A stretch of DNA of 63,890 bases, the filler included. It is 10 parts of 10 records of this genome, joined end to end, with 100 filler letters (N's around TTAATTAATTAA, not from the genome) between each part and the next. Parts side by side here need not be neighbours in the genome. Positions count along the whole stretch, not along the records: positions 1 to 5,754 come from SRR15195285_1434; positions 5,855 to 9,818 come from SRR15195285_1436; 8 more parts are not named here. One strand, given 5' to 3'. Shown piece after piece: positions 1 through 9,918 of this stretch; positions within the stretch are counted from its first letter, which is position 1, and each line of letters starts with the position of its first letter. Below the pieces are notes generated by a model. It was not told the DNA's origin, made no database searches, and was given only the letters and a program-made list of their open reading frames with translations. Both the position numbers and the translations under genes were made by a program.

Positions 1-2
1 CG

Positions 3-3000
3 TTATTTTTGGCCCTTTGTGCAGCTTTTGCCTTCCACTTTGCTCCAACTGAAACGCATTTGCCCGTGCGTTATTAAAATGCTATCAGGCGTGCGCTGCT
101 GAACGCAAGACATGCCATCGAGCTGCGTGCAGCTTGCGCGGACGAGTGCATGCTAGGGGTGTAGTATTGGCGGTGTGCGAAACAAGAGAGGTTCGGCGCA
201 CAAAGAGCAGTCGAAGCAACGAAGCCAACCTTTTCGTCGACACTAGCAGGAAACAGCTCCTCGGCTATCAAATGGTGCTGTGTCAGCTCTATTCGGAGAG
301 AAAAATCACCGTCACGCAGTAAGCACGACACACGGCCCAAAAAGAAATCAGAGTGCGCAAATTCCATCACAGTCAGCTACGAGTATACTGGATGGACAAC
401 CAGCACTCACGCTGCATTTTCCAGCTGTTTTCAGTGTTGCCAGTCGCTGACTTGTTTCTTTTCATTATCGCCCAGAGCAACAGCAGCTGGATGTGTTCAA
501 GAACCACAGCCACCGCCACCCGAATCTTCAGCTGCCTGCTGCTAAAGGAGCTCGTGGACAAAAAGTCGTCTGGTGCTTCAAACGGGCAGTCAGGCAGCCC
601 TTGAGGGTTTGGGTCCGGATTCCAGCACGTTCGATTGATCGCCATCAGCGGGTAGTTTTCTGTTGTATCCGGAGGGTCGTACATGTTCGAAACGTCGTTT
701 TCGTTGAAGTCCAGAGGTGGTGTATAGATGCATTCATTGCCACAGGTGAGCGGTTCCCCAGCAGTGAACAAGCAGTCTGTGGTGATATTGCTGATAGAGG
801 TGGTGGTACAGGACTCTGTGACGTCGGGAAAGTCGTCACAGGTGGGATATTTCCATTGCGTTCGCTGGTATCTCGGTGGCGAGCAATTCTCGTTGTCCCA
901 AACCATGGCCCAGGCCTCTAGCTGTCCCGTTGAGAAACAGAAAAGAAGGCAGGTAATCAAGCACGCAAGGTACATCTGCACCTCTAGCCACACACGGTAG
1001 CCTCCCGTTGCGTCACTGTTCTGCGGTTTCACCGGGATTGGGCGGCGGCTGTATTTTGTGAGGCGAATGAAATCGGATTTCAAGCGAAACTCCAAAATTC
1101 CAAAAGCGATGAATGAAATGTACCTGCGGTTTGTAGTCGACAAATTATTACCCTCGATCAGCAGTCAAACAAAAGTAGGGAAATGCAATACACACACTGA
1201 TCAGTGACGAGGAAAGTTATTCATCGGAGTGGGACCCACGGAAATACGATCGACCACATCGAGACCGACCAGATCAAAATGCACAGCTTCCGATACTCAG
1301 TTGTCAGAACGATCGGCTCTAGCATCGACTCGAGGATTAGATCGTCTGCAGCATAGTAGTGGCCTCGATGCTTAGAACTCCACGCCTTCGTGCGGACCTC
1401 AACGTTGCCTGAGCTGGCCGATGAGGACATGCGAGCAGCCAGGGCAGAATCCGATATAGCAACGGCAGGCCTTCCTAGTTGAGCTTTGCTCATCGCGTCC
1501 TCATCGCACATAAAGCAATTCATGCTAGCAATGCAGCATTTACATCGGCGGCATATGCAGAAACATCGCCGGCCACATGCCATTGTCTTGGCCACACGCG
1601 CATGTCCATACGCGATGTCCTGCTTTCGGTTAGTCTTCCACCATGTTGTGCAGAGCATCGGCAGCACAAACTCGATGAGCATGACGATGCTGTGGGCAAT
1701 GACAAGAGGGACACTTATCGCCATATCAATCTCGTTGATGAATCGCTTATCGTGCAGCCAGACCCGAACCATGTGCTCCACGGTCCGGAGCTTCTGACCG
1801 GAGCACGCAGAGGGATAATTCTGACGTACTGGACCTCCGTAGTTGACGTCCTGCGAATCATCACAGCCAAAGTTGCACGTCTGACTGCAGTCGTCCCAGT
1901 CATCCTCCAAGTCACAATACCACGACTGGTCTGCGCGTATTTCCATACAGTTTAAAGAGGCATTGGCGCGCTGAGCATCGCACCAGTTGTTCCTAGACCA
2001 GCCAATTCGCTGACACGCTGTGGCCGTGCTGCTCCATCTGCCCTGAGCGTCACGAATCCCACGAGAGCGCTCTTGAACTGAAGGCGCGAAGCAGTGTGCA
2101 AACGGTGCACAAGCTACAGCGCAACTGGGACACAAATCATACTCGGTACAGAAACTAAGACTTGCACCTGCTGCTGCTATATCATCATCGCTCCATTCGT
2201 CTGTTGGAATGCATGCAACGCACGGATCACACAACTCCACGCACTGAACTGCCGAAGGTGTCGAGCACTGCAATGCTTTCGAGTGATCAACGAGCGACTG
2301 TCGTAGCTCAGCACTCAGTCTTGGTGATTCGGCAGGCCATTCCAAGCCAAACGCAGCACACGTGATGTTGCTATCGAGTGGTTTCAGCACGTGGCAGGCA
2401 TCTCGCGGAGTGCTTTCCGATCCTTCGGCAAATCGTTGTTTTAGCACGGCCATACATCCCGTCTCTGTGTCACTTGCTTCGCCACACTGTCTTAAAATCT
2501 GTCGAGTGAGATCTCGACAGTCTGCCGTGTCACTCCCAAAGGGACAAGTATGAACAGCGTTGAGATCCTCTTCGCACTCTGCAAATATAGCAGGTGCTAT
2601 CACCGGGTCTGTCGTTAGCACAGCGAGCAGGCAGTGGAGAGGCTCATCGCAGCTACCTGTTCCATCGGTCGTTGCCGACGGGCATAGTGTCACAGTATCC
2701 AGTCCATCGCTCTGAATGCTGTACGTACACATTAGTCCGTCGGGCAAGGACCTTCCATCCAGCGAGTAGATTGGAAATTTCGTAGGTGCAACTGAGACGT
2801 CAAAGTGAGGATTGTAATTCATAGCAGCTGGGTCGGTGCAGCCGACTGTAGCACAGTCGAATATGTCTGATCCAGCAGTGCAGGTCCCTCGCCACTCATC
2901 ACAGACACTGTCGTTGTGCAAGCGATGCGGCGAAATGAAATTCTGGCTGCCATTCCTATACTCGTACATATCAATGCTCGTCTCATTCCAGTGCGGCTGT

Positions 3001-5498
3001 CGCAGGAGGTACATCTGTATATCAGATCCAAACGGAATGAAGATAAGCGCGAGAATCCAAAAGTACAGCGAAAAGGACGCCGCTTCAAATGGATATGTAT
3101 AGTTGATCACCATCCGCTCATGATCCTGCCACGTCAGCTTGTTCTTCTGGCTGGCCAGCCAGTGTGCAAAGCAGGTGAAGATCTCAGTGTACACCACATC
3201 AATGAGAATGCCGATAACAATGCCGGAGCCAAGCATCATGAGTCCACGCCACATCCAGGAACCACCGAGTGCACCACCTGAAACGTCGACATCAAGTGGA
3301 TTTGTCGATGGACCAACGTAGCAACCAGGGAAAGAGAGCAAGTTGAACGGGAAATCTGGAGCGTTCACGCCATCCCACGCAAGATTGTCTGCCCACACTG
3401 TATTGTACACAAAACTGTTGCATAGCGGCGTCGTCTGCAAGAGCAATTCGAACTCCATCAAGAAGAAGTTGACAACGATCATGACGCCGATCGCGCCAAC
3501 TATCACGACAAAAACCAGTAGCAGATATAGCGTCTTGCATCGTTTCCTCGCTTTGGATTCTCTCCCCTTACGATAGAACGGGTTCGGGATTGGGAGTTCG
3601 GTTACACCGATCTGATTCCATTGCCGCGATAGTTGTCCCGAGAGCCTGTCCCATGTGCCGAGGAAGATTGGACACCATACACACGGAATCAGAAGCCCGG
3701 CTAGACCTAGGATGCGCAGGTACCAGTCTTTGTCCACGAATCGGAGAACAAACCCTCCCGTCATCAGAATCACCCATAGTACTGTGAGAGTCGTGCTCAC
3801 AGTCTGCATGAACGCAAACAAGAAGGCAAAACGGACCCCGTACTGGCCACGAAGCTGACCTAGAGTTTTCTGGCTGACCTGCATGGCATCTGGCGCGAGA
3901 ATGTTTTTCACATACTGTGCCGCTGCGTCTGATGACACAAACACAGTCTCAGCGTGCTCGAGAATTGCATTGACGTGTGAACCAAGCTTTTCCATATGGT
4001 TGTCAGCTGGCGAGTTGGGGCTGCCAGGTTCTTTGTTTCCTGTTCCCAGCAGACCAGTACTCTTGTTCACAAGTGTCCCGGCTGTTTGGACTGTCACAGA
4101 AACGGCAGTCTTGGCCCCCGACGCTGTTCTCATCGCACCGTCAATCGCTCCCTGTTGGATTCGCTTGCTGGCACTACTTGCTGCCTCAACCACACGCGTC
4201 GGTGAAACCTCGTACAGGGCCTTTGCAGTTGTCACGGAGGCCGCCTGAGCTCGTGCTGCAAAATGCTCCATGCGCTTCGCCATTGCCTCGGCTTTGACTG
4301 CCCTCGCAACACTGCGACGGCAGTCACACGCACGCTTGAGTACGCCGCTCAGACGAGAGCAACACCCGTCTTTCTTCCATTCAGCTTTCACGCTCTCCAC
4401 CCACTCCACGTTGTGCAACGGAAATACGGCATCGATGCGTGGGTCTGTGTCCAAATCTTCCTGCAAGTGCTCTAGATTGCCTAATCCGCACCCCCCTCGC
4501 TCTTCCTCCCGTTGCAGCAGCGCCGCGATCATGTGAATCCGATCTGCTTCGGTGGGATCAATGAGAAGGTCGAGCGCATGGCGGGAGTCTTGCTGCTCTG
4601 CACGGGTGAACTCCAGGCCCTGCCCTGTCGCTTTCCAGCGGCGGATGAGCAGCCTTCGATATTCGTCCATGAACTTGGCCTCCGGACACCGTAGTAGAAT
4701 GACGACCTTGTGTTGCGAAGTTTTCGACCGTTGCACCAACTGCATCTGCAAACCAGCCCGACGAAACTTCTGCGCCATTTCTACAACAAAATCTTCGAAG
4801 GGCGCCTCGTAAAGGTCGGACTGTGCTATTTCGTCGATTTCCATGGCCGTGAGATTGTGGTCATTCAGCAGACTCTCCACCTCGTTGGGTGCGACCTTCG
4901 GGTCGTTCGCGTATCTTCCACGCAGGTGGTCCCTCGCAAGCCGTCTCCAAGACTCATGGGCAAGAGCGCCCACTTTACTGCCCCGCATAAGCCCACTGTG
5001 CAGCCACCTTTGCATCTGTTTTGCCGGCACAGGCTTGAGGATGCATGCAAACGTCCAAAGCAGGTGCTCGATGTATGGGTTGCCATCTCCGTCCACTGGG
5101 TGGTCCAGACGATGCCCAGCTTTGTTGTCTGCAGTTGCGGATGCGCTCATGTCTTGAGACACAAAGTGTCGAGCCTCAGAGATCCCAATCGTTCGGGTGC
5201 TCGTCCCGCGGCCATGCCAATCTGGACTCATTCTGCCGCTGCTGGGTCGCTGCTGTTGCTGTACCTCGGGGACCAGGGAGATATTCTGGTCTTCTCCCGC
5301 TTCCGTTGTTTCAGGGGTGCTGCCATCCGGGCCTGCATCGAGAGTCAGACCAGAGGACATCAGGTTGCTGCCTTGCTCTACCTCTTCGGGGACCGCATCC
5401 GTGCTGCCCGCTTCGTCGTCCCGCAGCTTCGGCTCCACACTGAGCGCCAGCTCGACCGGCTCTGGCTCCGGCTCCATGCTCGGTTCGTGCTGCATCAC
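3..5498 (-). CDS. Anoctamin/TMEM16-family membrane protein with a large Cys-rich extracellular insertion; probable exons 5498-1240, 1123-411, 288-230, 152-3
   Basis: Anoctamin motifs appear in order: AVFPLHN, LRGQYGVRFAFLFAFM (cf. IRxYFGEKIALYFAW), YPFEAASFSLYFWILAL, EYRKLCILIWSVSMWSIVFP, ILEFRLKSD..RRPIP, VVLEHIQL. A GT-AG intron (1239-1124) joins ORF 1221-5498 in frame to ORF 373-1143. The last two introns (410-289, 229-153) are less certain. Confidence 0.85.
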
Positions 5499-5754
5499 CT
5501 GCCCCTACTGGTACCGGGTCCGTCCAGCACCTCCGAGCTGATCCGCGTCATACTCTACACAGCAACACTTTGCATCAACGCTATCGCCGCCTCCGCTCGG
5601 GCTGCGTGTTCGTTCCCCCGCGCTGCTGGCGGATGTTCACGGATCGCGACGGATCCCCGCGCGTCCCGGTCCGGATCCGCGGCGCGCCGGCGGCGCCGCC
5701 GCGCCGGCGGCGTACTCCGTACTGCCACAGCGGGTAAGTATAACGTGATATAGC

Positions 5755-5854
5755 NNNNNNNNNNNNNNNNNNNNNNNNNNNNNNNNNNNNNNNNNNNNTT
5801 AATTAATTAANNNNNNNNNNNNNNNNNNNNNNNNNNNNNNNNNNNNNNNNNNNN
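5755..5854. other. Artificial contig-joining linker (N44-TTAATTAATTAA-N44)
   Basis: Exactly 100 bp with stop codons in all six frames; nine identical copies occur in the window. Confidence 0.99.
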
Positions 5855-6217
5855 TAAACTCCGGCGCTTGTTTATTCATAGTAGATTCACCGCTGAAGAC
5901 CGCTTCTATTCTCAATTCTGTGTTCATACCGCTTCTTCTAAACAACTACTAGTACGAGTTTGTGCAAACGTCGACCCGCCGGGAGGGCAGACCGGGAAAC
6001 GCACGGGTCGCGACGACGGCCGCGGGTGGGACCGCCGCGCCGGCGCTGGGGCATTCGTAGCTCCAGCCCTGCTGGGCTGCCTGGGGCTGCCTGGCGAGAA
6101 CGCTGATAGCACTCAACTGTGTACACGTGAACTGGCTGAGCTTGCTGTTTCAAGCCGCCTGTTTGCCTGGGGGCCGTCCGTCGTTGAGCGTGTTTTGGGG
6201 AGGGTCCACAGCCGGGG

Positions 6218-7822
6218 ATGAACGACACGCGGACGTCGATTTCGTATGTGGTGCCGGGCAATGCGATGACGATGAGCGGCGCGCTCCACTTTGCCTGCGC
6301 GAACGGGAACGCGAGGGCGGTGCGAGCGCTGCTTCGCGCGGGCTCAGACCCGGAGACCGTGCTCGACAAAGCGGGGAACACCGCGCTGCATGTGGCGGCG
6401 CAGAAAGGCCAGAGTGTGCTGATCGACCTGCTCCTTGACGCAGGCGCAGATCCAAACGTCGTCAACAGCGTCAATGACACCCCTTTGCATGTGGGCGCCG
6501 CGAACGGCCATGCCGATGTGGTGACGGCACTGCTTCAAGGCGGCGCCTGGTTCAACGTAGAAAACGCCAAGGGGAAGGTCGCGCGCGAGGTCGCCGGCAC
6601 CGCATTCGCCGCTTCGAGCCGAGTGGCTCCCAAAAAGCGCGTGCTGACCGCGTTTAAGGCGTATGCCCGCAATCGTACCTCGTCGTCACGCGACTCGTCT
6701 TCCGAGGACCCAGCGCCAGCCCCCGCCCCGCAGCCGGTTCAGGAAGCCCCGCCCAGCCCGCTGCCACCGGCACAACAGCCGAGCTTGATCGAAGCACAGC
6801 GCTTGGCTGTGTCCGTGCCCGCCGAGCTGCGCGAGATCTTCGTGCGCCACAACGTCAGCTTGATGTCAGCGTTCGAGATCCTTGACACCAACGGCGACGG
6901 CACCATCAGTGCAGACGAGCTGCGTCAGGCGCTGCGTGCGCGCCAAATCGAGCTCACCGAGAGCGAGATGGACACGATAATGCAGGCTGCGGATAACGAG
7001 GTGACAGGCGGTTTAGACTATCGCGAGTTGGTATCACAATTTGTGCTACTCGCGCAGCAGGATGCAGCGCGGCAAGCTGCCGAAGCAGACGCTGACCGCG
7101 AAGTAGCTGCAACGATGCGCTACCAGAGCCCGCCAGAGCCGGAAGAAGAGCATGTCTCGCCGCAGATTCGCGGCGGCTCGGCCCCGGCAGCATCGATGGG
7201 AATGAGTAGGACTAGCTCTGAAGCTGACAGTCTCAGTCTACCTTTTAGTGCAGGACTCGGGCAAGGGCTCTCTGATTCAACCGGTGGCACACCAGGCTCC
7301 GGTTCGGATTCCACTGGGCGCGAGTTTGACGAGGGGGTGTCATCGAGCACGCCGTTGTCGCCGCAGAGACATGCGCAGGCAGATCAACAGGATCAAGAAG
7401 GTACCGCGATGCCGACACTGAAGCAGATGGAGGACTATTTGATGGAGGTGCTGCGCCCCGAGAATGCAGCAAATGACAACGACGGGGGAACAGAACCGGA
7501 GGCAGATGTTCGGCCAGCTATGGAGTCCACGGCAGGCACTGAGCTGGCGACCGTAGAGCACTACGTGAGGCAGCTGAGAGCGTGTGGCATTGGCCTTCGC
7601 GATGAGGAGATCATGGAGATACTCCGTCACGTGCCGGTGGAGGCGGGCGGACAGATGGACCTGAACCTGGTGGTACAGACTGCAGCGGAGATGATTATGC
7701 TCTTGCTTAACAGTAACGAGCCGCAGGCGCCGCCTGCTCGAGCACCCTCCGCCGGCCCAGCTGACCAGCGCCTAGAGGATGAGGAGGCACCAGGGGAGCA
7801 GACTAATTCGGCAGAAGAGTGA
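6218..7822 (+). CDS. Ankyrin-repeat + EF-hand protein
   Basis: Ankyrin repeats (GALHFACANGN, GNTALHVAAQKG, DTPLHVGAANGH) and an EF-hand pair (DTNGDGTISADE, DNEVTGGLDYRE), followed by an acidic disordered tail with a degenerate EF-like segment. Confidence 0.9.
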   Translation: MNDTRTSISYVVPGNAMTMSGALHFACANGNARAVRALLRAGSDPETVLDKAGNTALHVAAQKGQSVLIDLLLDAGADPNVVNSVNDTPLHVGAANGHADVVTALLQGGAWFNVENAKGKVAREVAGTAFAASSRVAPKKRVLTAFKAYARNRTSSSRDSSSEDPAPAPAPQPVQEAPPSPLPPAQQPSLIEAQRLAVSVPAELREIFVRHNVSLMSAFEILDTNGDGTISADELRQALRARQIELTESEMDTIMQAADNEVTGGLDYRELVSQFVLLAQQDAARQAAEADADREVAATMRYQSPPEPEEEHVSPQIRGGSAPAASMGMSRTSSEADSLSLPFSAGLGQGLSDSTGGTPGSGSDSTGREFDEGVSSSTPLSPQRHAQADQQDQEGTAMPTLKQMEDYLMEVLRPENAANDNDGGTEPEADVRPAMESTAGTELATVEHYVRQLRACGIGLRDEEIMEILRHVPVEAGGQMDLNLVVQTAAEMIMLLLNSNEPQAPPARAPSAGPADQRLEDEEAPGEQTNSAEE

Positions 7823-7924
7823 ACTGAATGATTATTATACTAGTATTTTGTGATGCACTCACAAATGGCAGTCAGGCATCACCACATCGCAAGCTGCGTG
7901 ACTAGTGCACACTGCACTCCGCAC

Positions 7925-9436
7925 TTACATGTGCGCGAGCACACCACTGATACTATCATTCAGGCTTTCAGGTGGTAAATTCAACTTCTGAGAGCTCCGC
8001 AAGAACTCACCTGAGGAGTTCGGTAGTTCGATCGACTCAATCGAGACACCAAGATCAGATAACTCTAGTTGTTGTGCACGCGCTGCTGCCTCGACAGCTG
8101 TAATTGGAGTGTGTGGAGGCGGACTCGCTGCGCCATCTGCTGCGATTCCCCGGCTCGCGAGGAAGGCTGCCATCTTGCTCTCGCCGCTGTTCCTGCCACT
8201 TGCTCGCGCATCGTGAGCAGGATCTGTGGCTGCGGCTCCAAAGATATCGCGCTCAGCGAAAAAGCTACCGGCTTTGCCGTACGAGCGCTCGTGTGGGTTT
8301 GAGGTAGGTCCTGCCTTGAGTCCTCCCTCCTTGATGCGTAGAGGAGACTGGCGCTGCCGTCGACCAGCTTTCTGAGGCCGAGGCAACCCTCGCCGTCGCG
8401 CGTCAGGATCGGGCGTGCTGGTGCGCCACGATAGCTCACCTGTGCTCTCGTCATGGACTGGAGAACGCCAACCCATAGTATGGCGTCGCCGCTGTTCGTC
8501 AACATAACGCGCCACCAGCAGTCGCTCTTCTGTCACCCGGTGCTGCTTGGAGAGAGTGCCAACACCACCCCACCGAATCTCAGTCGCACTCCGCTGCTGC
8601 AAAGGTGCAGGAGCAGCACGCTGACGATCCTCCGCGATGGTCGGCTTGCTCTGCAACCAATATGGCGTGTCACCCACACCACCGCCTATGAACCCCTTGG
8701 TGCCTTTGGCCGGTGGATGCAGCGGCGGAGCTTTCGGCACAGTACCGATTAGCGTGCTCTGTTCCTGGAGCCAGCTGAGATCAGTCTTAGAAGCCCGAAA
8801 AGGAACCGAGCTCTTGCCCTCTATTGCTGCTTTCCAGCTCAGCTCGGATGGAACACGCTCCGGCGACGGCGGAGCGTCGTCCCATCGGCTATCGTCAACA
8901 GCAACACGACTGACCTGCTGCCGCATGTTCGCATCCGCGAGCGTCGGGTGTCGGCACACGGTGCCCACGGTGCCCACGGTGCCTGGCGGAGTCTTCAACC
9001 GCGACGCAACTGGAAAGGGTGAGGCTTTGGGGGGGCCACGAGAACGCCGAGCCTGCCGGGCATCTGCTCTTCTCTGTGCCCGATTCGCTCCGAGTCGTTT
9101 CCACTTCGATGCGAATCCTGCTGTAGCCATCGTCGTCGCCACGGCCTTTGACGCGGCGGTGTAATCGCCTGATTTACTGCGTGGGAGTGGCACTACAGGC
9201 CCTTGGACCACCCCTTCTGCAATCGCCTGAGATTCGTCAGTGTCATTTAGCGATCGCAGCCTTTCCAGTTCGTTCTGCATGGCTGCCAGCTCATGCACTT
9301 CGGCTTCCTTGCGGCGCGCGTCCAGGATCTTCTGCTGGTTGCGAGCGATGATCTGTGACTCCGGTTCCCCGGCAGCCAGCTCGTCCTGGTGCCGCCAGCG
9401 ATCCGCGTCATCGAATGACTCGCCCTGATCCGCCAT
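7925..9436 (-). CDS. Hypothetical basic/low-complexity protein with an N-terminal coiled coil
   Basis: ORF of about 500 codons from MADQGESF. Coiled-coil stretch QQKILDARRKEAEVHELAAMQNELERL; no recognisable domain. Confidence 0.6.
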   Translation of the reverse strand: MADQGESFDDADRWRHQDELAAGEPESQIIARNQQKILDARRKEAEVHELAAMQNELERLRSLNDTDESQAIAEGVVQGPVVPLPRSKSGDYTAASKAVATTMATAGFASKWKRLGANRAQRRADARQARRSRGPPKASPFPVASRLKTPPGTVGTVGTVCRHPTLADANMRQQVSRVAVDDSRWDDAPPSPERVPSELSWKAAIEGKSSVPFRASKTDLSWLQEQSTLIGTVPKAPPLHPPAKGTKGFIGGGVGDTPYWLQSKPTIAEDRQRAAPAPLQQRSATEIRWGGVGTLSKQHRVTEERLLVARYVDEQRRRHTMGWRSPVHDESTGELSWRTSTPDPDARRRGLPRPQKAGRRQRQSPLRIKEGGLKAGPTSNPHERSYGKAGSFFAERDIFGAAATDPAHDARASGRNSGESKMAAFLASRGIAADGAASPPPHTPITAVEAAARAQQLELSDLGVSIESIELPNSSGEFLRSSQKLNLPPESLNDSISGVLAHM

Positions 9437-9818
9437 CTCGCTGTCTCGTAGAAATCTCCGGCTAGCGGTGGTCCTACACACACAGGCCGTTGCCCGTCCG
9501 GAGCAGGACCTCGTTCGGGCAACTGCCGCCGTGCTCCGAGGTGAGGGAGCCCACCCACCTCTTTCAGACTTCCGAGCACTCCGACCTGACGTGCACGCAG
9601 CGCGAGCACCCCCTCGAGCACCGTGCGACGTATTCGAATACGTCCAGAGAGCCAGCGGAGGCCCCGGAGCAGGGGCACGTCCGCGTGGGCAGGCTTACGG
9701 TAACACACTACACTGTACACTGTAGCGTTGTAGTTCGGCGCCATGGATCGAATGGAGTGTCGGGAGTATGCAGTGGTGCTCAGGAATGAAGACGTAAGAC
9801 AATTGCGGTACATTTTCA

Positions 9819-9918
9819 NNNNNNNNNNNNNNNNNNNNNNNNNNNNNNNNNNNNNNNNNNNNTTAATTAATTAANNNNNNNNNNNNNNNNNNNNNNNNNN
9901 NNNNNNNNNNNNNNNNNN
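9819..9918. other. Artificial contig-joining linker
   Basis: N44-TTAATTAATTAA-N44. Confidence 0.99.

Noticed and set aside
1221-1239. TGA readthrough, selenocysteine or an alternative genetic code where ORFs end inside conserved domains
   Set aside because: Every case examined is resolved by a phase-compatible spliceosomal intron, and all three stop codons terminate genes normally.
4710-5753. Long antisense or alternative-frame ORFs (also 16701-17429, 31035-31835, 49600-50328, 53077-53721)
   Set aside because: They overlap well-supported genes in GC-rich DNA and lack motifs, so they are shadow ORFs.
9480-9725. Possible small gene with a 27-nt GT-AG intron upstream of the 7925-9436 gene
   Set aside because: No convincing start or protein signal, and the intron is far shorter than the other introns seen here.
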